Source: Nitrosopumilus sp. (GTDB taxonomy: Archaea; Thermoproteota; Nitrososphaeria; Nitrososphaerales; Nitrosopumilaceae). From it: 64,000 bases of DNA. Made by a program: the position numbers and the translations under genes. Below are positions 43,008-52,919 of this stretch, in pieces (position 1 is the stretch's first letter; the number at the start of each line of letters is the position of its first letter). The stretch lies in NCBI GenBank assembly GCA_965224195.1, contig OZ245040.1, positions 1,280,001 to 1,344,000 on the forward strand, given 5' to 3'. The notes below the pieces were generated by a model. That model did no database searches and was not told the DNA's origin. It saw nothing but the letters and a program-made list of their open reading frames with translations.

Positions 43008-43325
43008 TCAAGGTGTTTCTATCTTGATTTCTGCATTACAAACAGGAATATTTCCAGTCTGATTTTTAAAATCTTCAATTAATTGTAGTTGCATCTCTTT
43101 TGGATTCTCTGCAAAGACTCTCTGATAGAATGATGTTTTTTGTTTACATTCATCTCCCTCAAATTCTGTATCTACATATTTTGCAAATTTTACTGCTAGG
43201 CTATCTGTTTCTCCAATAAATATTGGATCTCTATTTCTGGTATACAATACATACACACCTGGATTTGCTTTTACATATTGGGAGCTATCTGTCCACACTC
43301 TCATTTTATCATCTAATAATTCCAT
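43008..43325 (-). CDS. GIY-YIG-like small protein
   Basis: PGVYVLY...FIGET...L...E...PVCN pattern. Confidence 0.7.
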   Translation of the reverse strand: MELLDDKMRVWTDSSQYVKANPGVYVLYTRNRDPIFIGETDSLAVKFAKYVDTEFEGDECKQKTSFYQRVFAENPKEMQLQLIEDFKNQTGNIPVCNAEIKIETP

Positions 43326-43390
43326 GATCTAATCTAATGACAGTATCTATTAAACTAGATTACAACATCTATGATACTCCAATAACCCTT

Positions 43391-45102
43391 ATGCTTTTAA
43401 TACTGAGCAAAAAAGATGTAATCCTGTCTTTATTAGAAAAATTCCCAGATCATTTCACTCCTAGAGAAATTCAAAAAGAGATCATTTCACAAATAGAGGA
43501 GAAATTGAAATCTGGATTTAAAAAAATCATTCTATGTGCTCCTACTGGTGTAGGAAATCCCTTGTTGGTGCAACCATTTCAAATTATTTTGAAAGTTCAT
43601 TCACAGTAACTGCATCAAAACACCTTCAAGATCAATATATCAAAGATATTCCATTTCTAAAGCCTGTAAAAGGCAAGCAAAACTTCCCATGTCTCAAACT
43701 TATGGAATCTGAAAAAGTTGAGAATGATAGAAGAGCCATGAGGTGGGGTTTGACCTGTGACAAAGGTGAATGTCAGGAAAGAGTCTCGAAAAATGGCAAG
43801 GAAGTTTTTGAGGTATGTAAATTCAAGCCTACCATAAAACAGGTAGAAGATAACATTACAGACACAAAATCTTGTCACTATTACATGCAAAAATACGATG
43901 CACTAGTTTCCAATCATTCTCTCTGGAATTATCACGCATTTTTCACAATTATGAAATTCAACAAAAAACTTTTTGAAGACTATCTTGATAGAAAAGTAAC
44001 TGTTTTTGATGAGGCTCATAAAATTGAAGACCAAATAATCCAATTTGTTGGGTTTGACATTTTTGCAGGCTAAGTTGATGAATGTAATCTAAATTCAGAA
44101 AAATATGATTTTACAGATTTGGATTCTATGATTCAGTTAACTGACGATATGGCATTTTCATATGCTAAAAAAATCAAAGATATTAAAGAAAGTGCAGCTT
44201 TTCAAAATGATCCTGATTATGAATTGCTTACAGGATTAGAACGAAGACATGATAGGTCTGCACAAGCTAAAATTGACATAATGACTGACAAGGATAACTT
44301 TGTTGTAAATGATCCTCTTAAAGATTTGAATGGAAACTTTAGAACAATTTCTGTAAAGCCCATTGATGTTTCAAAGTTTGCAAATTCTTTTTTTGAAACA
44401 GAATACCAATTATTCATGTCTGCGACAATTGATAAAAATAGTTTCTGTGAAAACATGGGGTTGATAAAAGATGATGTTGCATTTGTCGATACTCCCAAAT
44501 CTCCTTTCCCAATTGAACATAGAAGTATAGATCTTCTAAATATTAAGAGACTTAGCTATGGCTCTACTGATGAAGATGAACTTGAAGTAATCAAAACAAT
44601 TGATAGGATAATGGATGAGCATTCAAACGAACGTGGATTAATTCTTACATCTTCTATTCCTAGATGCCAAAAAATTATTCGCTATCTTTCTCCAAAAAAT
44701 ACTCAAAGAATTAGACTCTGTCATAGTAAAAATAAGGATGACAAAACACAGGATGAAGTCATTTCTGAACATGCAACTGATCCTACGGGAGTTTTATTAT
44801 CTTCTTCTTTATGGGAAGGTGTTGATTTGAAAGATGATTTATCTAGGTTTCAAATTATTGCCAAAGTTCCATACCCAAATTATACTGAAAAGAGAACAAA
44901 AGCTAAAATGAATAAATTTCCATCATGGTACACTTCACAGACTTTGACTAAAATTCTACAAGGTTTTGGTCGCTCTATCCGAAGTGATGATGATTGGGCA
45001 AAAACATATGTCTTGGATACTGCTGTGAACAATGTATTTTTCAAGGGTCAACAAATAATTCCAAAGGCATACTATGATGTTTTAGGAATGGATGAGGTTT
45101 AA
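43391..45102 (+). pseudogene. XPD/Rad3/DinG-family Fe-S helicase, disrupted
   Basis: PREIQ, APTGVGK(S) broken by a 1-nt deletion at ~43556, Fe-S Cys cluster, DEAH, in-frame TAA 44071-44073, MSAT, WEGVD, KVPYP and QGFGRSIR motifs. Confidence 0.9.
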
Positions 45103-45111
45103 TTTTTTTAA

Positions 45112-45309
45112 TTATTTTCTTTCTGCACATGCACATTTGACATAAACCATTTTGAATTCGTCATCTGATTTTATGTTATGTGCCATTGGCTTTCTACATT
45201 GCTGACATTCTGTAAATCCAAAATATTCATCAACTTTGATCATTTTATAATCCCAGGATTTTTTTTCCTCATTCCAAAATACTGAGTTTATTTCAGATGG
45301 GCCATCCAT
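45112..45309 (-). CDS. Small Zn-binding hypothetical protein
   Basis: CQQC ... CAC. Confidence 0.7.
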   Translation of the reverse strand: MDGPSEINSVFWNEEKKSWDYKMIKVDEYFGFTECQQCRKPMAHNIKSDDEFKMVYVKCACAERK

Positions 45310-45620
45310 GAATAATTATGGAAATTGTTTCATTAATTAATTTTCTATCTATTTAGATTTTTAAAATATGATGATGTGGATAAAGATACTGAAAATCCAT
45401 ACATACCTGATAAAGGAAAACATGATGGTGAATTTTCAGAAAAATCTGGAACAATAATTACACTTAGAAAATTCCATAAACGAAGAACTCCAGAATGTTG
45501 GGATGGAGAGGGTGCTGTTATGTATGGGTTACAAGCTACCAGCATCATAATATGGATAATCATATAGATTACGTAATAAATATAAATATAAATATAAAAA
45601 AACTACAATAGTAACAGCCT

Positions 45621-46388
45621 ATGATTTCTGAGAGGACAATAATTATCTGCTCGTTTATTTTTGCACTGGCTGCAATCTCCTTTGCTTTTGAAGAGGTTTT
45701 TGAAGACATGTCAGGCCAGTATTTTATATCGCCAATAATTGAGCAAGATATGTACTTGGTAAGACAAGAACTTGCACAGCAGGCAGCATTTTTACAAAAC
45801 ATAAACAATGACTCGTACTTTCATGACATGATAAGTAAAACAGATGTTTATCAGGCCTTTGTAACAAAGTACCCACAACATCAGATTGACAGGACAGATA
45901 CAAACGATACCAGCATCATTTATACTGTATTTTATTCTGATTATGTAAGCCCCTATGCTGCAATTATGGTTGACTTTGAGATCTCATGGGTGGGAGCCAT
46001 ATCCACAGAACATAGATGCATGGTCGATGGCTATCACCTAAAAAAACACAACGCCATGCCTACTACAATGTGGATAAATGCAGGAGTATGCCAAGATGTC
46101 ATCTCTGAGAGCAGAGAAGAAAGGGGAGCCTCAGATGTAACGTATTTTGATACCGAGTTTGATGATATGTTACTTGATGCATTTGATGAACTCCAAGAAA
46201 GGATTGCAGGCAATTACTCGCCTGTCAGCGGCGTTACGCTAGATAGTGTAAATCTTGAAGGTGACGTCATAATACTGTTTGTAGATGTCTCAGATATGGA
46301 TTCATCGCAGCCATTGACAGGTGTAACTGATAGTGTTTTGGATCTCTTTGAGCATACAGTACCAATAGAGATTGTATTTCTTGAATAG
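45621..46388 (+). CDS. Secreted hypothetical protein (island)
   Basis: N-terminal signal peptide; GC-richer than the flanks. Confidence 0.8.
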   Translation: MISERTIIICSFIFALAAISFAFEEVFEDMSGQYFISPIIEQDMYLVRQELAQQAAFLQNINNDSYFHDMISKTDVYQAFVTKYPQHQIDRTDTNDTSIIYTVFYSDYVSPYAAIMVDFEISWVGAISTEHRCMVDGYHLKKHNAMPTTMWINAGVCQDVISESREERGASDVTYFDTEFDDMLLDAFDELQERIAGNYSPVSGVTLDSVNLEGDVIILFVDVSDMDSSQPLTGVTDSVLDLFEHTVPIEIVFLE

Positions 46389-46501
46389 CATGTCGTATTG
46401 TGCATTTATACTTGTTTTACGGATATTACTCCCCAGACTTTGCCGTCGTACCAATAGAGATTGTATTTCTTGAATAGCATGTCGTATTGTGCATTTATAC
46501 T
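46359..46501. repeat. 54-bp exact direct repeat x2 flanking a 35-bp unique insert
   Basis: Copies at 46359-46412 and 46448-46501; insert TGTTTTACGGATATTACTCCCCAGACTTTGCCGTC. Confidence 0.95.
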
Positions 46502-49500
46502 GCTACTTTTTACAGCATATTGCACTGTTACATATGGTACGGCATATGCTACAATAGTTGATGATCGTGAATTTCCCGAAGCCCCAATCAAAATTAAACC
46601 AGTTACATATGGTACGGCATATGCTACAATAGTTGATGCCTCAGAAGGCTCATCTATACCAGGATGTGAAACCACATCGACATGTTTTGTGCCTTACCAG
46701 ACAACAGTAGGCAAAGGAGAGACTGTCAACTGGCGCAACCCAACATCTACTGCACATACTGTCACAAGCGGCACACTTGGTACGCCTAATGGTGTGTTTG
46801 ATAGTGGCTTTATGAACCCTGGCACAGAGTATTCTTTTACGTTTGATAATACGGGAGACTATCACTACTTTTGCATGTTTCATCCGTGGATGAAAGGTGT
46901 CATCACGTCAACTGACAACCACAAGGCTGCAAAGCAAACGACTCCAGAGACTCAAAGGCATTGCAAGAACCCAAAACAATTTTTCATGCAGGGGATAGTG
47001 CAAAATACAATATTTGAGGATTTTGAAGTGTACTGCAGGTATGCCAAGGCATCACAAGATGATGCGTTCTCATATGATATCCAACCGCCAAAAAAACCTC
47101 AAAGGACAATGTATGGCATTACATCTGATGACGCACTTGGAACGCGCTCCCTTAATGCAATGCTTTCTGTAAAGCGCACATCAGACAGTAATGCAAACAA
47201 CTATGGTAGTACAAACAACGGCCAGCTGCATGTTGCATCGTTTGTGCCAAAACTGCATATGCTATCAGCTGATGTATATTCTAAGGACATTTCAGCTGCA
47301 AGCTACAGCGGGACTGGCGGCTCTACTACAAAAGTTACCATCATATATCATACCCAAGACAATGACCAAAATGCATTAATTATTACGCCTCACTATGTGG
47401 GAAACCTACACAGCAAGGCATACACGCTTGAGCAAAGCCTGAACACAAAGCGCATAATGCTTGAGAACACCGGACAGATGTCTTGGAAGCATATACAGTA
47501 TGACGTTAGGGACATTTACAACCAAAGCGGTTTTGGCAACTATGACTCTGATGTTGTCTTGTGGAGCCTGTACATTGGAGGCCAGTCATACACGTCATCT
47601 TTGGGCATTGCGTCATGGAGCATAAACATTGACAACCTGTTTGTAACTGATGGTACCTCAGATGCAATCCCGCCTGCATCATACCAGCTTGCAGTAGGTG
47701 TAAAGCCTGAAAACATCTTTTGCAAAAAAGACAAAACCCTTGTATTTAGGATATCTGATAGTGCACCAGTATGCATAAAGGACTCTAGCACAGAAAAAAT
47801 ATACAGTATAGGATATGCAATACCTGCACACACGACAGATGGCACGGCATTGTCTGAGAAGATAAAGTTAAAAAAACAGATGCTTGCATCAATTCTCACT
47901 GATCACTTTTCCCAAAAACCAGACATGTCTACGACCTCTTTTGCCAATGACATTGATGCATACAAGCATCGCATCGCATACAAGATATCTGTCCTAAACA
48001 AACTGGCATCGCCTTCTGGCAACATATCCCTTGACCGGGGGTTTGCAATGTCTACCGGCGGTAATTTTGGGGATGAAAGTTCATGGAATCTTAGAGAGTC
48101 AGGCGAATCATTTGGCATGATCCAAAGAGGCCCAGAATCTGCTACTGAAGCAGAACATGCAGGTTCGGACATATCCCTGCAGTACACTGATTATGTGGAA
48201 TTCTCAAAGACAAATGTGCATGTGATTGGAGTAGACGAACCAGATTTTGTAAAAAATGACGCCAAAAGCATCTATGTGATATCAAACGAAAACGACATCG
48301 CCGTACTTGATGCATCACATGCCAAAGGCCTTGAGATTTTATCTGAGACATCACCGCATAACGATGATGCAAAATCAATACTGCTATACCAAGACATGCT
48401 AATTGTCCTATCTGATGTTGATGAAAAGACGCAGATTACAATGCTTGATGCTGCCGTGTTTCCTCCTGCAAAAAAGCACCAGTTTGCAATTGATTCAAAG
48501 CTACACGATGTAAGGATGATACAAGATACAATCTATATAATTACCCGCTCAAGTGCGCCACAGTCACCTGTGCTATATGACATGATCCAAGGCACACATG
48601 TAATTGAAAGGCCTGCAATGCATTATTTTGAGCACAACCTAATGGCTGATTCCTTGTATACTGTTACTGCCATGCAGATGCAAGACGGTAATGTGCTAAA
48701 GGCCAGTTCTGACTCTTATGTACTAGGCCAGTATGATGTGGTCTATGTCTCAGAGGATAACATCTACCTTTCGTACGTACAGCCATACTCCCAGGCCTCG
48801 TCTGCACTCTTTGATGACGGGTTTTTCTTTGGGTATGCCATAGACAGCCTAAAGCCGCAACAGCTTGCATACCTGTACAGCCTGGCATCAGAGATTGGCA
48901 TGGGCTCTGACAGCATGGTAAAAGACGAGATGGCTGATGTAGTATTTGCAGCATTTGACAGGAATGATGTAGGAGACATAAAAGCTGGCCTGACTGATGC
49001 TGGTATGGATTTCTCAGTGTTTGGTGCCATGCCGCATACTGTAATACATAAGATTGGAGTTGATGAAACAGAGATAAACTATGTTGCATCGGCAAGCATA
49101 AAGGGAACACTGCTAAACCAGTTTGCACTTGACCAGAAGGGAGATGATACCCTCAGGGCAGTTACAAGCTTTTGGCAAGACGGCGTGCTCTCAAGCAACA
49201 TATATGTCTTAGATGATACACTAAAACTTGCCGGCTCCCTTGAAGGCATAGCGCCAGGCGAGACACTGCACTCTACGCGCTTTGCAGGTGACTGGTTGTA
49301 TCTTGTCACATTTAGGCAGGTTGATCCGTTCTTTGTAATAGATGTCTCCTCTGAACATCCAATGGTATTGGGGGAACTGAAGATACCTGGGTACTCAGAG
49401 TACCTGCAAAACTATGATGAGGGGCACGTCATTGGGATTGGAAGGGACACCAACCGCAACCAATGGGACCAGACAACTGATGCGGGCATCAAGATATCGA

Positions 49501-49868
49501 TGTTTGATGTGACAGACTTTGAGAATCCAAAGGAGACGCACAGCATAATAATAGGGGATCACTCAACAGCCTCTGTAGGACTGGTGGAGCACAAGTCCAT
49601 ACTCCTTGACAAAAACAAAAAGATAATCAGCATACCTGTAAGGTTTGGAAACGAACTGTTCTTCTACCTGTATACAGTAGATGACAAATACATGCTTCAT
49701 GAACACTCCAAGATACCACATACACTGGATCCTGCAAACCCACAGCATGTGCGCTCATTTTACATTAAAGACACACTGTACACTGTGACACCTGCAATGG
49801 TAAAGGCAAACAGCCTCCTTGAGCATGATTTAACCCATGGCAGTATATCCCTTGGCATGAAGAAATGA
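46479..49868 (+). CDS. Large secreted mosaic protein: cupredoxin + unknown domain + thaumarchaeal Cys module + beta-propeller domain (Beta_propel-like)
   Basis: Signal peptide from ATG 46479; HTVTSG...YFCMFHPWMKG; PPASYQLAVGVKPENIFC...PVC; FSKTNVHVIGVDEPDFVKND...LNQFALD...YLVTFRQVDPFFVID...LGELKIPGYSEYL. Confidence 0.88.
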   Translation: MSYCAFILLLFTAYCTVTYGTAYATIVDDREFPEAPIKIKPVTYGTAYATIVDASEGSSIPGCETTSTCFVPYQTTVGKGETVNWRNPTSTAHTVTSGTLGTPNGVFDSGFMNPGTEYSFTFDNTGDYHYFCMFHPWMKGVITSTDNHKAAKQTTPETQRHCKNPKQFFMQGIVQNTIFEDFEVYCRYAKASQDDAFSYDIQPPKKPQRTMYGITSDDALGTRSLNAMLSVKRTSDSNANNYGSTNNGQLHVASFVPKLHMLSADVYSKDISAASYSGTGGSTTKVTIIYHTQDNDQNALIITPHYVGNLHSKAYTLEQSLNTKRIMLENTGQMSWKHIQYDVRDIYNQSGFGNYDSDVVLWSLYIGGQSYTSSLGIASWSINIDNLFVTDGTSDAIPPASYQLAVGVKPENIFCKKDKTLVFRISDSAPVCIKDSSTEKIYSIGYAIPAHTTDGTALSEKIKLKKQMLASILTDHFSQKPDMSTTSFANDIDAYKHRIAYKISVLNKLASPSGNISLDRGFAMSTGGNFGDESSWNLRESGESFGMIQRGPESATEAEHAGSDISLQYTDYVEFSKTNVHVIGVDEPDFVKNDAKSIYVISNENDIAVLDASHAKGLEILSETSPHNDDAKSILLYQDMLIVLSDVDEKTQITMLDAAVFPPAKKHQFAIDSKLHDVRMIQDTIYIITRSSAPQSPVLYDMIQGTHVIERPAMHYFEHNLMADSLYTVTAMQMQDGNVLKASSDSYVLGQYDVVYVSEDNIYLSYVQPYSQASSALFDDGFFFGYAIDSLKPQQLAYLYSLASEIGMGSDSMVKDEMADVVFAAFDRNDVGDIKAGLTDAGMDFSVFGAMPHTVIHKIGVDETEINYVASASIKGTLLNQFALDQKGDDTLRAVTSFWQDGVLSSNIYVLDDTLKLAGSLEGIAPGETLHSTRFAGDWLYLVTFRQVDPFFVIDVSSEHPMVLGELKIPGYSEYLQNYDEGHVIGIGRDTNRNQWDQTTDAGIKISMFDVTDFENPKETHSIIIGDHSTASVGLVEHKSILLDKNKKIISIPVRFGNELFFYLYTVDDKYMLHEHSKIPHTLDPANPQHVRSFYIKDTLYTVTPAMVKANSLLEHDLTHGSISLGMKK
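46527..46638. repeat. 37-bp exact direct repeat x2 flanking a 38-bp unique insert (CRISPR-like unit)
   Basis: GTTACATATGGTACGGCATATGCTACAATAGTTGATG at 46527-46563 and 46602-46638; insert ATCGTGAATTTCCCGAAGCCCCAATCAAAATTAAACCA. Confidence 0.95.
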
Positions 49869-50344
49869 GCAGGCTTTGCTTTCTTACAAAGAAGAGGTTT
49901 GCAGTGCCCATACTTGTAATGGCAGGCATTGGAGTTTTATTTACTGCGATAATTTTTGCAGTTGCATTTTCATCGTTTCTTACTTTCGTGTCTGCAGAGT
50001 TTGCAAAGACATTTGGTCCTACATACAAGGATGTTGCAGTAAACAGGTGTCAGCTTTATGACAAAGGCTCAAGCGGCATATTCAACGGAACCTATTCAGA
50101 CGGCACAAAGAACTGGAACAATGCTAACTTCCCTGACAACAGATGCACGCACAGCATAATACTGCTTTTACCTGATAAGACAAAACCGATAACAGATGAG
50201 GTACAGTGCCATGGTCAGTATGATAAAATGGTACAACATACACGCAACGCTAATGTGGAGTTTTGCACAACAGAGAGCTTACAGGTGTGCCAGGACGCAC
50301 TGACGCTGATACATTATGATGAATTTAAAAAAGACGTTTGCTAA
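49865..50344 (+). CDS. Membrane-anchored Cys-containing hypothetical protein (island)
   Basis: Start overlaps the upstream stop (ATGA); N-terminal TM helix; several Cys. Confidence 0.75.
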   Translation: MSRLCFLTKKRFAVPILVMAGIGVLFTAIIFAVAFSSFLTFVSAEFAKTFGPTYKDVAVNRCQLYDKGSSGIFNGTYSDGTKNWNNANFPDNRCTHSIILLLPDKTKPITDEVQCHGQYDKMVQHTRNANVEFCTTESLQVCQDALTLIHYDEFKKDVC

Positions 50345-50666
50345 TGCAGCTTTGCTAACTGACTACACACATTACAGCCAGTCTTGTGCAGCAGTTTCTG
50401 CAACAATCAATGCGGCATGAAATGGTATTACCTGAATCACTTATATTATAAACCAAGTTCCTACCAAAAAACTTGAATCAGATAAGGACCATGCCACATC
50501 ATTGTTTAACCACATCCCAACTGACACACCTGAGATCATACAGATAGTTCTGTCGGGTTATCGTCAGCTAGACACAAAATATGAATTTTCTCTAAATTGA
50601 AAAATTTGAAACCAGATAGAATTTACTTGTATGTAATACAATTTCACAACATCAAATCAATTAAAT

Positions 50667-50885
50667 TTAAGTAATCAAATTTTGACTTTTAAAATCAAGA
50701 CATTTTTCATCAAATTCATTGAGATATTTTTTAGTGTTAATGTTTGCATCCATTATGTATATTTCACATGTTTCTGAATCAATTAGTTGCTGAGAATTGC
50801 TACTGTTAGTCATTACTTGTAATGCAAGAATGCTTACTAGCGCAATTATCACAATTATTGCAAATTTCCTAGAGTAAATGTCCAT
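50667..50885 (-). CDS. Small membrane-anchored hypothetical protein
   Basis: N-terminal TM helix, two Cys. Confidence 0.65.
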   Translation of the reverse strand: MDIYSRKFAIIVIIALVSILALQVMTNSSNSQQLIDSETCEIYIMDANINTKKYLNEFDEKCLDFKSQNLIT

Positions 50886-50992
50886 AAATCATACCCGTTC
50901 ATTTTGAACTTAAATCTAATGATTCGAATATTGAATTGTCTGTTTTATTGTAATTGTAAGGGGTTTTTATGGTACACTTTACTCTGCAATGT

Positions 50993-51094
50993 GTGACTGA
51001 TATTGTTGTTTGCTCAAATTGTGGTTTATCATACTCTACAAAAGAAAATGATCTTTGTACTCATTGTAACTTTACCAACAAACCTCGTACCTAA
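50993..51094 (+). CDS. Zn-finger microprotein (33 aa)
   Basis: Read manually: VTDIVVCSNCGLSYSTKENDLCTHCNFTNKPRT. Confidence 0.5.
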   Translation: MTDIVVCSNCGLSYSTKENDLCTHCNFTNKPRT

Positions 51095-51230
51095 AATTAA
51101 TAGTTCTTGATATAGTTATTATCAGGATTAGAAAAAACTTCTGATGTGGGATTCAAAAAAGGTATTCACAAATGTGTGGAATGTGAAAAGAAGATCAAAG
51201 AAAATCCTGATGATGCAGGTATGTGTAGTA

Positions 51231-51328
51231 GATGAGTTGCGCAATTACAAGCAAAAATCTAACTTTTCTGTCATTTAATTCTTAATTTTATGGAATTGCA
51301 ATGAATTCTTCTTTCCATTTAATCTTGA
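51231..51328 (-). mobile_element. 98-bp terminal fragment of the IS found at 31241-32305
   Basis: Matches 31241-31338 with 4 mismatches and starts at the IR GATGAGTTGCGCAATTA after TA; cuts a small CxxC ORF beginning ~51146. Confidence 0.92.
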
Positions 51329-51725
51329 TTAATGATATTTCCCTCTATGTAGAGTTTCATCCTTTGCTGTCATGGGTGAGACAATCTGAAGCAGATGAAT
51401 CATTACTAAATCACGAGCAAGGCAATTTTGACTTGGCTGAACTAGTAAAACGTGAAAATATTATAAATCTACAAGAGCAATTTTACAAAAAACATTTCTC
51501 AACCCGAGGACAAAATGATGAACAACGAAAACAATTTGCAAAAGAAGATTCTGGTAAAATGATTAATGAACAAGTGGAAAAATTACAAAATCTCTTTGAT
51601 GAAAGATCTCAGAAATACCAAAATGAAACAGATTATGGAGAGAATCTTGAGGAACAATCCGGGTATAATTTGACTTTCAAGCAATTACGGACATAATTTG
51701 TCTTGCAGTGTAGTCTGCTTTGTTA
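51323..51725 (+). pseudogene. 5'-truncated duplicate of the DUF922-like gene and its 3' flank (41545-41947)
   Basis: Colinear near-identical copy at a constant offset of 9778 nt with scattered substitutions. Confidence 0.92.
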
Positions 51726-51858
51726 ATGGTAAAACGAGGTTTTTTTGGGTAAAGTAAGGTTACTAGCTTGTGTAGATTTCAGCTTGTGTGAATATTATAG
51801 TCTTCAGACAAAGCTGTTTTTACTCAAATTATATATTAGATATTTTTGTTTTGCAATT

Positions 51859-52379
51859 ATGGGTGTCTTTAGTGATAACTGAAAACGACGTAAACGAATT
51901 ATTGACCAAATATACAGTAAAAGAATTTTTAGACTTGGTTGATGCTGAAACAGCATCTTTAGATTATAGATCCAAAGTTATAGTTGCTAATATCCGAATT
52001 GAACAATTAATGGAATGTATCATCATTAAAAATTTCAAGAACCATGAAGATTTAATTGAATTTGATTCTTCTAAAAAACAAAAAATCCTCTTTGGATTAG
52101 GAATACTTGGTAAAGACTTGAACTATTAACTCAAAATTACTAATCAAATACGAAACACATTTGCACATGAAATTAATCCAATAGAAAACAAAGTACCACA
52201 TCTCATAAAGAAATCCAAATTTTATGATAAAACTAAAGCATCCAAAACCGATAACCCAATTAATCAGGCTGTAAAATATGGGATGGTTGCAGGCATGATT
52301 ATAGGCCTGTTGACGAGGTATTTGGCAGAAATTCTTTGGGAAACTAATTCTAAGAATAAAAAGCAGTAACAATCGCTAA
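51859..52379 (+). pseudogene. HEPN-like (MtlR/MAE_28990-type) protein with in-frame TAA
   Basis: ...IEQLMECII...KQKILFGLGIL...LNY*LKITNQIRNTFAHEINP: RxxxxH motif lies beyond the stop at 52127-52129. Confidence 0.6.
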
Positions 52380-52589
52380 ACTAGTTCAAATCTTGTAGAT
52401 TTGGTAATCTACATTTTAAAAAATTAGAAAAAGTTGCTTTAGGAAACAAAGTAAAGGTTGTAATATCCACAGGTGATTTTGAAAAGATTAGATGATGAGG
52501 ACAGAATATTTTATCGCAAACAAAAAAAAATCCAATAAATATGTCACCAGTATCAGGAAATTCTAACACAATATCTAAAAAGAATCGAA

Positions 52590-52820
52590 TTGGATCAAAA
52601 ATATGAATCAGGACATCATAAAATAACTACACATAGCTTTCGAGCGTTTTTCATTACAAAGGTGTCACGTCACGATCCAAACTTGGCAAAATATTTTGCA
52701 GGGCAAGAACAATCAAGGGATCTTTTGATGTATGACAGGTTGACAGTAGATGAAAAGCTAGAAAACTATATCAAATTTGAGCCTGATTTATTGATAGGAC
52801 AAGTTGATTCCATAAAATGA
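52590..52820 (+). pseudogene. C-terminal remnant of a tyrosine recombinase/integrase
   Basis: ITTHSFRAFFITK (HxxR), FAGQ at the LGH position, then catalytic-Tyr-like YDRL; no N-terminal domains upstream. Confidence 0.8.
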
Positions 52821-52919
52821 AATTATTAGATAATGTCAGGTGTGATAATTGTTTTTAATGCTCTGCAGGATGACACATAAAAATACTAGCATGATCTTTA
52901 AATCAAATCATAGGATCAG

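Noticed and set aside
45376-45567. 63-aa ORF as a functional gene
   Set aside because: It looks like a mid-gene fragment (GTIITL, ATPase-like) fused to island-boundary sequence; too little evidence to call.
46359-46638. Canonical CRISPR array
   Set aside because: Only two copies of each of two unrelated repeats, overlapping coding sequence, with no leader or cas genes in the window. Reported as CRISPR-like units instead.
51301-51696. Independent intact 131-aa gene
   Set aside because: Its first codons come from an IS end and the rest is a truncated duplicate of 41545-41918.
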